Shown here in pieces: positions 9,869 through 18,072 of a DNA stretch of 24,964 nucleotides. Under the pieces are notes generated by a model, which saw only the letters and a list, made by a program, of their open reading frames with translations, was not told where the DNA came from and did no database searches. The position numbers and the translations under genes are program-made. Position 1 is the first letter of the stretch, and the number at the start of each line of letters is the position of its first letter. Source of the stretch: a virus (taxonomy: Duplodnaviria > Caudoviricetes); the IMG/VR virus record IMGVR_UViG_3300025751_000136, positions 1-24,964 of that record; one strand, given 5' to 3'.

Positions 9869-10537
9869 ATGGCATTAACATATACAGGAAACATACTAAA
9901 CTGGCCCACACATATTAAACCAAGTGCTGTAAACTTAGGTATATCACAACCTACATTTACAAGTAGAGCACTTAGTGGTAAAAAATATGTTAGAAGCTTT
10001 AACTATGCTAAACAAGCATTAACAGTACAATATCCACCAATGAGTCAACAAAACTTTCAAACCTTTTATGCTGCGGTAATGGCACTAAGAGGTGATTTAA
10101 AACACTGTTGGTTTAGTCTACTAGGAAGTGATTCAGAAAAGTTCTTGTTTAGATTCTATGGTGATGACACAATGACTCCTACTGTTAAAACTGCTGTTGA
10201 TGTAAGTGGTGGTAACTTAGTAACTACTGTAGAATTAAAAGGACTACCTACAAGTCAAAGTGAACCAATTCCAGCAGGAAGTGTTATAAGTGGATTAGGT
10301 AGAAACTATGGACATGTACAAACTGTTATAGCATGTACTGATTCAGATGTGTCAGGAGATGCTACTATTACACTAGCACATCCTTTAGCAGAATCAATTG
10401 CAGTAAATGATGCTGTAAATGTTGATCCTACACAAGTATTAGTAAGTCTTACAACAGATACTTTTGATGCTGATATTAGTAGAGTACAACACTATGGCTT
10501 TTCAGTAGAATTTGAATTTGATAGGACTTATGACTAA
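9869..10537 (+). CDS. Distal tail protein (Dit-like)
   Basis: Directly after the tape measure; SRALSGKKYVR...YPPMS pattern. Confidence 0.7.
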   Translation: MALTYTGNILNWPTHIKPSAVNLGISQPTFTSRALSGKKYVRSFNYAKQALTVQYPPMSQQNFQTFYAAVMALRGDLKHCWFSLLGSDSEKFLFRFYGDDTMTPTVKTAVDVSGGNLVTTVELKGLPTSQSEPIPAGSVISGLGRNYGHVQTVIACTDSDVSGDATITLAHPLAESIAVNDAVNVDPTQVLVSLTTDTFDADISRVQHYGFSVEFEFDRTYD

Positions 10538-11811
10538 TGGCTAGAATAACTGATACAACAGCATTAACAAAACTACAAGAAAGTAGATATGAAACATATG
10601 ATCTAGTGTATATAGATGGAGTGTTCACTTCACCTTGGAATGGTGGCATCTACTTAACAAACTATCCTGTTGATATTAGTTTAGACTTATCAGGAGATTC
10701 AACACAAGTAACATTCTTAAGCTTAGGTGCTTTCTTAGGTGTAAGTGACTTTACACAAAGTTCAGACCTAGAAGTAGAAGGCATGAATATATCACTAAGT
10801 GGATTACCAGGCAATGATGTAAGTGGTGATTCGATGTTCCAAATACTGTTATCAGACACTTGGAAAGGATATTCAGTTAAAGTATGGAAACTAATAATAG
10901 TAGATCCTACAGATGCTAGTACTTCAATACCAATAGAAGTGTTTAGAGGTACAAGTGTAAATTCACAAGTAGAAATAGACAATGATGGTATTTGTTCAGT
11001 TAATGTTACAGTACAAGATGACTTTGCAGCATTTGAAACACTTGCAGGTAGAAGAAACAACCCAAGTGAATCTCCAGAGATTGCAACAAAATTATATAAA
11101 AGTTGGCCTGTTAGCCCTAGTTGGCAGAAGATAGGAACTTTTAACGACTTTAGTAGCTGGACTGTTAACGGCATGACAGGACCAACAACAAATAGCTCAA
11201 CATATCTGTTTTCTCCGTATGGCTATCAAGATAGTTCAAGCTTTGCACAAACTACAGCAGCTACTATACACTACATAGAAACACCAAATTTAGGATCAGT
11301 TACCAGTGGTCAAACAATTACTTTCTCTGCAATGGTTGCAGGTGTAGGTGATGCAGGATTACTAACACAATGGTTTGATGTTAGTTTAACAAGTACAGAA
11401 ACAGGACTTACTTCAGGTACTGTGTTTGATCTAAGTGATTACACAATAGAAACAGCAGCAGTAGATTCAGAATATGTTGATCAGCAAATTGTTACAGACA
11501 ATGAAGAAAATAACAAGCCAGTACCTGTAGAAAACAAACAACCATGGTGTGCAGTAATAGTAAGTTACACAGCTAGTTCAAACTTAACAAATGTAAAGTT
11601 TAGATTAACAAGTGTAGATCAATTAACTGATTATGATCCTGCAGGTGAAACTGCTAGAGGATTCCAAATCTGTAATGCATCAGCATACTTAGAAGCATAC
11701 AACTATGATTATACCTTTAAGCTAACTGACTATTATGATTACATTCCGGACACAATGTTTATTAATGCAGCTAAAACAAATCAACAAATAAGGTGGGCTA
11801 CTGGTGTATAA
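10537..11811 (+). CDS. Baseplate hub / gpL-like tail tip protein with inserted domain
   Basis: N-terminal ~180 aa look hub-like (IYLTN, FLSLGAFLGVS, GRRNN); ends in IRW; position in the tail-tip module. Confidence 0.6.
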   Translation: MARITDTTALTKLQESRYETYDLVYIDGVFTSPWNGGIYLTNYPVDISLDLSGDSTQVTFLSLGAFLGVSDFTQSSDLEVEGMNISLSGLPGNDVSGDSMFQILLSDTWKGYSVKVWKLIIVDPTDASTSIPIEVFRGTSVNSQVEIDNDGICSVNVTVQDDFAAFETLAGRRNNPSESPEIATKLYKSWPVSPSWQKIGTFNDFSSWTVNGMTGPTTNSSTYLFSPYGYQDSSSFAQTTAATIHYIETPNLGSVTSGQTITFSAMVAGVGDAGLLTQWFDVSLTSTETGLTSGTVFDLSDYTIETAAVDSEYVDQQIVTDNEENNKPVPVENKQPWCAVIVSYTASSNLTNVKFRLTSVDQLTDYDPAGETARGFQICNASAYLEAYNYDYTFKLTDYYDYIPDTMFINAAKTNQQIRWATGV

Positions 11812-12238
11812 CTTATGTGATCAATTTAATGTAAAAAATGTAGTACAAAAATACATGGGTACACAACTCAATTGGGGCAAAACCGATTGTGTTACCTTTT
11901 TCTTTGAAGTACAACAAGCATTACATGGATTAGACACAAAAGAATGTTGGTATGGTAAGTACAATGATCTAAGGTCAGCATTAAGATGGGCTAATACAAA
12001 TATGCCAGCAGGAGACTTTAGTTCGCATCCAGTCATGCAAAAATATACTAGCTTAGATGTTGAGCCATGCAATTTACAATTAGGTGATGCTGTACTAAGT
12101 ACAAGAAAAGGTTTACCACATGCTGCTGTATACTATAATAGACTATGGTGGTCAGTATGGGATAGTGTAGGCTTTGGATACAATGTAGTCCACAATGAGA
12201 AATATAAAGTTTGGAGATTAAAAGAATGCCACAGATAG
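11804..12238 (+). CDS. NlpC/P60-like tail assembly protein (gpK-like)
   Basis: WGKTDC catalytic Cys motif, LQLGDAV...HAAVY. Confidence 0.75.
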   Translation: MYNLCDQFNVKNVVQKYMGTQLNWGKTDCVTFFFEVQQALHGLDTKECWYGKYNDLRSALRWANTNMPAGDFSSHPVMQKYTSLDVEPCNLQLGDAVLSTRKGLPHAAVYYNRLWWSVWDSVGFGYNVVHNEKYKVWRLKECHR

Positions 12239-14589
12239 CAGCAGCAGTATCAGGTGTAACAGGTTTATTAGGTGGTGTATTTGCATCACAAATAGGTAGA
12301 GCAGTATTAGGATATGTAGCTAGTTCAGTATTAAGTAGTGTAGCTGCAAGACTATTACAACCTTCTGCTGAACAAAAGAATGCACAAGCAGGTAGTGGTA
12401 CACAAATAAATGAAACAGGTTCATTAGCACCTATTCCTATTGTATATGGTAAAGCAAGAATAGCTCCAAACAGAGTATATGTTAACACAAGTAACCATGA
12501 TGATGCAACAGCAGGTAATGAAGAATATCTACAGGTTATCTACACTATTAGTAACAATGTATTACTAGGTGCAGAGTGTGTATACCTTAATGGAGAAAAA
12601 GTAGGTAAGTTTACAGGCCCTAATATAACATCAGGTTATATAGATGGTTATCCTTATGCAGGTACTACTCCACAAAATGATGTAGATGGTAGTGGTACTA
12701 TAGGTGGACATATTAATGGCTTTACTATTGATTCAACCTATACAAACAAAGTAAGTTCAAACTACTCAATAACATTAACAGATGATGATATACACTTTGA
12801 TGTGTATACTGGTGAAAACTTCCAACTAGCAAGTCAAGACTTTATTGATTCAGCTAATGATTCTCTAGTTAACTCAGACTTTAGAGGCTCAGGATGGGCA
12901 GGTGATGCTGGTAATAGTTGTTCATACATTTACATGCGACTAAAATATCATGAAGCACTATACTCAACAGGTATTCCTACACTAAGTTTAGATGTTTGGG
13001 GTGAAGCACATATTGATGAGTTTGTTAATCCTAATGACCCAACACAAACATTTAAAGAAAAGCTAATTGCAGATGCAGCAATAGATGCAGATTTAGATTT
13101 AACTGATACAGGTGACTTTGATAGACTAGGTGCTGTACAAATTATAGATTACCTAATACATGACTATGGAAGAAACTTAAATACAACAGACTTAGACTTT
13201 GATTCATTCTTAGAAGTAGCTAAACTACAGTTAGAGAACTCAATCTTTTCAGATGGACAAATAGATCCTAATCAAACTATAATGCAAAATTTAAATTTGT
13301 TGCAGGCAAATAGTCTTTGTACTCTTATAAGATCTAATGGCAAATATAAGTTAAAATACATTGCTCCAGAAAGCACAATTTATACTGGCAGCACATATGT
13401 ATTCAATGAAGACAACATACTAGGTGATTGGAATATATCAATAGGTGATGTAACAACTGACTATGACATTGCAAGAGTAGAGTTTTATAATGAAGCAGTT
13501 GATTATCAAGCAGACAAAATAACTGTTTATGATTCAGCAATAAACTTAGATTCAGATTTCAATCCAAACAACACTAAAGCTATATTAGACTTAACACTTC
13601 CTTTTACTAACAACAAGGATGATGCAAAATACCTTACAACTGTACTAATGGAAATGTCAAAGTTTGATAAAGTAGTATCATTCAAAACAACAATGGAAGC
13701 ACTACAGTTAGAACCATATGATCCTGTTTACATAACACACTCACTACCAGGTTGGACTAATGAAAAGTATCTTGTTAAGGAAATGACACTTAATGCAGAC
13801 TCTACTATTGATGTTACACTAATAGAATATCCTGACATATATCCATTAACACTAGTTGATGAAAGATCAGACTTTGGTGATATTCCTGCTCCACAACTAA
13901 CAGCAACCTATGTCAGTGGTACTTATAGTACAGGCAATGCTACAGGTTATACTTTGCCTATTACAACAGCTTTAGATACAGAAGATCTATTGCTAGTAAT
14001 AGTAGAAGCTACAGAAAATAGTAATATAGAAAACTGTGTTGCTACAAATGTTACATTCAATGGTACTAACATGGACATAGTAGGATCAAGTCAACTAGAT
14101 GGTGTTTCATATGCAAGATCAATTGGTCATACAGTGTGTACTTTGACTAATACCAGTTTAACAAGTGCTTCATATAACATTGGAATAACATTACCTAATG
14201 AGGCAGAAGGTTGTCAAATTGCTGTTTGGAGAATAACTGGTGGTAATGCACTATATCAAGCATCAGTTCAAAGTGTTAACAAAGAAACATATGTTGGTAA
14301 TGAAGGCAACACATTTACAATAGAACATACTGACACTATTAATATTCCTGCAGGTGGTGTACTGTGTTACATGTATGGTAGTATTGATGATACTAGAGCA
14401 ATAACAACTACAACAAGTGGATATACAATAACAGAAGACTATGATTTTGCAGTAAATGGTACTCAAACTTCAGCTGGACATTCTACAGCAGAATATGTTG
14501 CTAGAACAGGTGCTGACTTAATACACAAAACAACATCAGAAGTACTCACTAACTGGCCTAGACTAAGTACTGCGGTAGTAATAAGGTAA
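12226..14589 (+). CDS. Central tail tip / host specificity protein (gpJ-like)
   Basis: Hydrophobic gpI-like N-terminus, PIPIVYG motif, LQLEPYDPVYITH..GW motif, C-terminal beta-rich domain. Start set at ATG 12226. Confidence 0.8.
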   Translation: MPQIAAAVSGVTGLLGGVFASQIGRAVLGYVASSVLSSVAARLLQPSAEQKNAQAGSGTQINETGSLAPIPIVYGKARIAPNRVYVNTSNHDDATAGNEEYLQVIYTISNNVLLGAECVYLNGEKVGKFTGPNITSGYIDGYPYAGTTPQNDVDGSGTIGGHINGFTIDSTYTNKVSSNYSITLTDDDIHFDVYTGENFQLASQDFIDSANDSLVNSDFRGSGWAGDAGNSCSYIYMRLKYHEALYSTGIPTLSLDVWGEAHIDEFVNPNDPTQTFKEKLIADAAIDADLDLTDTGDFDRLGAVQIIDYLIHDYGRNLNTTDLDFDSFLEVAKLQLENSIFSDGQIDPNQTIMQNLNLLQANSLCTLIRSNGKYKLKYIAPESTIYTGSTYVFNEDNILGDWNISIGDVTTDYDIARVEFYNEAVDYQADKITVYDSAINLDSDFNPNNTKAILDLTLPFTNNKDDAKYLTTVLMEMSKFDKVVSFKTTMEALQLEPYDPVYITHSLPGWTNEKYLVKEMTLNADSTIDVTLIEYPDIYPLTLVDERSDFGDIPAPQLTATYVSGTYSTGNATGYTLPITTALDTEDLLLVIVEATENSNIENCVATNVTFNGTNMDIVGSSQLDGVSYARSIGHTVCTLTNTSLTSASYNIGITLPNEAEGCQIAVWRITGGNALYQASVQSVNKETYVGNEGNTFTIEHTDTINIPAGGVLCYMYGSIDDTRAITTTTSGYTITEDYDFAVNGTQTSAGHSTAEYVARTGADLIHKTTSEVLTNWPRLSTAVVIR

Positions 14590-14594
14590 GAACA

Positions 14595-14951
14595 ATGGAT
14601 ATTTTTAATCGAGACTATAAAGAACTGTATATAGATTTTCAAGACTCAAAGTTTTCTAGAAAATACATCTGGAAGCTAATAAAAGCTGCTTGGCTATTAC
14701 ACAGAACAAGAAGAGAATCAAGAATAGTACTGAATATAGCAAGAGCTGCTGTTAAAAGAGATATTATACTAGCAGCAAAGCAACTTTGGGATCTGTATGC
14801 TATAATACACAACAATCCAATGAAAGAACCTGCATTAGAAATGTATGATGTTGACAAAGTAAGAATTCCAATTGCATATACTGGAGGGAAACCATTAGAA
14901 CCTCCAGTAAGAAGATCATATTCATATAAACCTCGAAGAATTAAAAGCTAA
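14595..14951 (+). CDS. Hypothetical basic protein
   Basis: AAGG RBS, 118 aa, no recognised motif. Confidence 0.65.
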   Translation: MDIFNRDYKELYIDFQDSKFSRKYIWKLIKAAWLLHRTRRESRIVLNIARAAVKRDIILAAKQLWDLYAIIHNNPMKEPALEMYDVDKVRIPIAYTGGKPLEPPVRRSYSYKPRRIKS

Positions 14952-14959
14952 ATAATTTT

Positions 14960-15041
14960 GGAGAGCAACTTAGGATATTTCTTACTCCTTCAAATCTGTT
15001 ACTGGCCATGTAACTTCATTCTAAGTTGTTTCTCCTTTTTT
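14960..15041 (+). ncRNA. Candidate small RNA 1 with anti-RBS loop
   Basis: TAAATA at 14949; stem 14960-14976/15018-15035; U6 tract; loop TTTCTTACTCCTTC is complementary to 17591-17604. Confidence 0.65.
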
Positions 15042-15076
15042 CAAACTACCCAACAAGTATTAACCGGATAAAACAA

Positions 15077-15397
15077 ATGAGTACAGATGAACACAACAGA
15101 GATGATATAAAAGAATTATATCAAATATGCAATAAAACTTTGGGTCAACTACAAGCAGTACAAGCACAAATTGATGCTGCAATCAAAATGCAAGAATACA
15201 TAAATGAAGAACATAAAGAATTCAAACAAGAACAAAACCGCACACTTAACAATAAATTCAAATTATATGAAGATCATGAAATTAGATTGAGAAAATTAGA
15301 AGAATGGAAAGCCCGCTCAACAGCATATTGGTTAATAGCAGCTACAGTATTAACAGCAGTAATGGGTATTGGTGCAGAATTCATAATGCCAATGTGA
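15077..15397 (+). CDS. Coiled-coil protein with C-terminal TM helix (holin/XhlA-like)
   Basis: HEIRLRKLEEWK followed by hydrophobic AYWLIAATVLTAVMGIGA. Start set at ATG 15077. Confidence 0.55.
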   Translation: MSTDEHNRDDIKELYQICNKTLGQLQAVQAQIDAAIKMQEYINEEHKEFKQEQNRTLNNKFKLYEDHEIRLRKLEEWKARSTAYWLIAATVLTAVMGIGAEFIMPM

Positions 15398-15407
15398 TAA
15401 ATAAGTT

Positions 15408-15481
15408 TGTTAGTTTTGACACTGTTTACTCAAATAAAAAATCATTGAACTTGAAAAGGCTCTTAATTGGGCTTTTTTTTT
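15408..15481 (+). ncRNA. Candidate small RNA 2
   Basis: TAAATA at 15398-15403, no RBS-led ORF, terminator at 15454-15481. Confidence 0.35.
15454..15481 (+). terminator. Intrinsic terminator
   Basis: AAAAGGCTC-TTAATT-GGGC then T9. Confidence 0.8.
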
Positions 15482-15638
15482 GTGTGATACATCACTATAC
15501 TATTTTTACTTGTAAAATAAATTTTAAAACAACCTGCATTTTAGAGGTGTTTTAACATGTTAAAAAGTGTCTTAAACAATGGTTTGTAATTTAAGGTGAT
15601 TTTAGGTGTATATCCTTGACCTACTGTTTACAATATAT

Positions 15639-15667
15639 TTGACTGTTTTGGCAGTAGTGTGCATAAT
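15639..15667 (+). promoter_or_regulatory. Sigma70-type promoter
   Basis: TTGACT-N17-CATAAT (5/6 and 5/6 consensus). Confidence 0.55.
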
Positions 15668-15685
15668 TAGATGATAAATAACTTT

Positions 15686-15768
15686 GAAGCAATACAAAAA
15701 ATTCCTTCTTTGTTGCAATTAGAACTATGTGTATTGCTAAAAATAGCTCCTACGGGGGCTATTTTTTT
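15686..15768 (+). ncRNA. Candidate small RNA 3 with anti-RBS loop
   Basis: TAAATA at 15675; stem AGCAATACA/TGTATTGCT; loop TTCTTTGTTGCA complementary to 15841-15852; terminator at 15740-15768. Confidence 0.6.
15740..15768 (+). terminator. Intrinsic terminator
   Basis: AAAATAGCTCC-TACG-GGGGCTA then T7. Confidence 0.85.
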
Positions 15769-15864
15769 GTCCTAGACAAATTGCATGACAAAAATACTAA
15801 AAGATGGTGTAGGTCTGAGACTGTTTTGGATAAATAACTATGCAACAAAGAAAGGTAACTTACA

Positions 15865-16893
15865 ATGACACTAACAAGTGAACAAATTCTACAACAAGTT
15901 AGAGCACATCAAAATGGTGTAGGTCTCAATAATGATGGTGTAGGTTTGAATAATAATGGTGTAGGTCTTACACAACATGGTGTAGGTCTCACTGATTTGA
16001 TAGAAAAAAGAGCCCAAAATGGTGTAGGTCTCAGTGAAAATACTGCTGAAAACAGTGAAAATGGTGTAGGTCTCAGTGAAAATACCATGCAAAACACCGA
16101 AAAAACAAAAAATTTACCCCAAAATGGTGTAGGTTATTATAATAAAGATAATAAAGATAATAGAGATAATAAAGATAACGGTTTACTTCGTTCTTCTTCT
16201 GGCCAGGCTTCGCCTAAGAGTCAGTCTTCGACTTCCCAGTCGGTCTCTTGTCAGAGCCCTACACCAGAGCCTTTGCAGTCTCTAGTTAGTTTGGATTCTA
16301 AAGGGGTTATAGACTCCCCGGAAACCAAAACCGATGGACTTCCTGATTATGCAATTAATGAAAAGTTTGTACAAAGAGCACTGTTTACACTATTCCATAA
16401 TCCAGATGCACAGCAAAAATCAAAGTTCAAAATAACAATCAATCCACACTATGATCCAAAACAGAAAATAGAATTTATTGGTGCACTTACTAAGGATATG
16501 AGAAACTTTAAAAAATATCTTCCAGAAGGTGTTGATGCTGATATTATACATGACGAATATAGAAGACTTAAAAAACAAAATGGTACTGCTCCATATGTAG
16601 GTAAAGTACATGTTAGCTTTGGACAAAAAGCAAAGTCACAAAGAACACAAAATGAACCTTACAGCTTTGTTATAGTTTGGTATGACCCAGAAGAAAAAGG
16701 CTGGAAGTTTACTTTTCAATTGCACAGATGGCATATGATAGAAAAAGACTTGTTCTCAGATAATCTAACTGAAAAACAAGTTAAGTCAAATGTCAAAGCT
16801 ACAGAGTTTTGGTACAACCCAGAATATGAAAAAGGTGAAAATACTCGCAACAAAACATTCTTACAAATGCAACAGGAGAAAAACAATGACTAA
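15865..16893 (+). CDS. Putative replication initiator / origin-containing protein
   Basis: Contains phased DNA repeats and an NKDNKDNRDNKDN linker as in phage replisome-organiser genes; the C-terminal domain is not recognised. Confidence 0.5.
   Translation: MTLTSEQILQQVRAHQNGVGLNNDGVGLNNNGVGLTQHGVGLTDLIEKRAQNGVGLSENTAENSENGVGLSENTMQNTEKTKNLPQNGVGYYNKDNKDNRDNKDNGLLRSSSGQASPKSQSSTSQSVSCQSPTPEPLQSLVSLDSKGVIDSPETKTDGLPDYAINEKFVQRALFTLFHNPDAQQKSKFKITINPHYDPKQKIEFIGALTKDMRNFKKYLPEGVDADIIHDEYRRLKKQNGTAPYVGKVHVSFGQKAKSQRTQNEPYSFVIVWYDPEEKGWKFTFQLHRWHMIEKDLFSDNLTEKQVKSNVKATEFWYNPEYEKGENTRNKTFLQMQQEKNND
15914..16178 (+). repeat. Iteron array plus AT-rich repeats (putative origin)
   Basis: ATGGTGTAGGT at 15914, 15935, 15956, 15977, 16019, 16061, 16124; then four ATAATA(A/G)AG 9-mers; an eighth copy upstream at 15804. 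Confidence 0.75.
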
Positions 16894-17095
16894 AGTATGT
16901 GAACATAATAACATCATGATACATAAGCAAGAATACCAAGAAGATGGCAAACTTGTAAACCAACAAAGAAACTATCCAGAAGGTACTAAATTTCAATACT
17001 ATCTAATATGTACAGACTGTGTAGATATAGTAGATGAAATAACTGAAGAACAAGCACAGTATCTTATAAACTATGATGATATGGAACAAGAATAA
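16886..17095 (+). CDS. Small Zn-ribbon-like protein
   Basis: AGGAG RBS before ATG 16886; CxH...CxxC. Confidence 0.65.
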   Translation: MTKVCEHNNIMIHKQEYQEDGKLVNQQRNYPEGTKFQYYLICTDCVDIVDEITEEQAQYLINYDDMEQE

Positions 17096-17175
17096 AAACT
17101 GGCCAAAAACGACACCATTTACGATGGTTTTTTTAAATATACTATAAGTATTATTACAACAAAGGAGTAAGAACC

Positions 17176-17319
17176 ATGGAAAACTATAATTCAAAATATG
17201 AAACATTTGAAGCACTCAAAAGAGAACACAGAGCATTACATATGTTAAAAGCCCCAGACTGGTATATTGCAAAAATATATAAGCAGGGAGAAAAACATGC
17301 TAGAGCAGCAAGAAAGTAG
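17176..17319 (+). CDS. Hypothetical 47-aa basic protein
   Basis: AAGGAG RBS; MENYNSKYETFEALKREHRALHMLKAPDWYIAKIYKQGEKHARAARK. Not in the ORF track. Confidence 0.75.
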   Translation: MENYNSKYETFEALKREHRALHMLKAPDWYIAKIYKQGEKHARAARK

Positions 17320-17434
17320 ATTAGACGAATGGATAATGGAAATAATGATGCAAAATAATACTCCAGAATGCCATTTAACAATACAAGAAATATTAGATGA
17401 CTTACCAGAGGAAATGAGAAATGATGACAACTGA
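17297..17434 (+). CDS. Hypothetical 45-aa acidic protein
   Basis: GGAG RBS; MLEQQESRLDEWIMEIMMQNNTPECHLTIQEILDDLPEEMRNDDN. Confidence 0.65.
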   Translation: MLEQQESRLDEWIMEIMMQNNTPECHLTIQEILDDLPEEMRNDDN

Positions 17435-17546
17435 ACTTTACATATTTGCAGGCTTTGCTATAGCCAATATAATATATCTAGTAGCTTTATTATTTTGGTA
17501 CAACCATGTAACTAAACAATTAAAAAAGGCCGAAAATAATACCTAA
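17421..17546 (+). CDS. 41-aa single-TM membrane protein
   Basis: GAGG RBS; MMTTELYIFAGFAIANIIYLVALLFWYNHVTKQLKKAENNT. Confidence 0.65.
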   Translation: MMTTELYIFAGFAIANIIYLVALLFWYNHVTKQLKKAENNT

Positions 17547-17606
17547 GAGACACTTTTTTTAGGTTTTTAATAAATATAATATGTTAGCGAGAAGGAGTAA
17601 GAAACA

Positions 17607-17798
17607 ATGACACTAACATTACCACAAGAAACAAAAGATCAAATTGCACTTAGAATGTATTCCATTTATGGAGACTATCAAACAACAGCAGAAGCATTGT
17701 TAATGCAGTATATAAGTCACAAAAATATACAAACACCTATAAGAGGATATTGCTACATTTGTGAAAAGGATCTTACAGATGAGTGTACTAAGCATTAG
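17607..17798 (+). CDS. Hypothetical 63-aa protein with CxxC...CxxH
   Basis: AAGGAG RBS and TAAATA leader. Confidence 0.75.
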   Translation: MTLTLPQETKDQIALRMYSIYGDYQTTAEALLMQYISHKNIQTPIRGYCYICEKDLTDECTKH

Positions 17799-18072
17799 AC
17801 AAATGGTCCTTATATCGGATTTAACAATTTACCCAATTGAATTAATAGAAGAAACTATGTTAGAAAGAGGTTGGGCAATAACTGACGAAGAAATGAAATG
17901 GGCTTTACAAGTAGCAATGATATTATTAGAAATAGGAGTTGATAGAAAAAGAATAAGAAATTGGGCACAAGGTGCATTAACTAGGGAGACAAACAGAGCA
18001 ATGAGAGAAGTTTTCGGAGAAGACTATGGGGAAGGTAACGGGATACCGACAGATGATCCTAGATGTACATAA
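17779..18072 (+). CDS. Hypothetical protein
   Basis: AAGGA RBS before ATG 17779; helical. Confidence 0.7.
   Translation: MSVLSIRQMVLISDLTIYPIELIEETMLERGWAITDEEMKWALQVAMILLEIGVDRKRIRNWAQGALTRETNRAMREVFGEDYGEGNGIPTDDPRCT

Noticed and set aside
11804-12238. Endolysin call for the NlpC/P60 protein
   Set aside because: Its position between hub and gpJ-like genes matches a gpK-type tail assembly protein.
15304-15555. 83-aa plus-strand ORF
   Set aside because: It overlaps the holin-like gene out of frame, has no RBS and runs through a terminator.
15656-15683. dif-like site (AGTGTGCATAA resembles the XerC arm)
   Set aside because: The XerD arm position (GATAAATAACT) does not match TTATGTTAAAT, and the bases are explained by overlapping promoters.
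15914-16134. CRISPR-like array
   Set aside because: The repeats are 11-13 bp, in frame inside a CDS, with 21-bp phasing; no cas genes. Iterons fit better.
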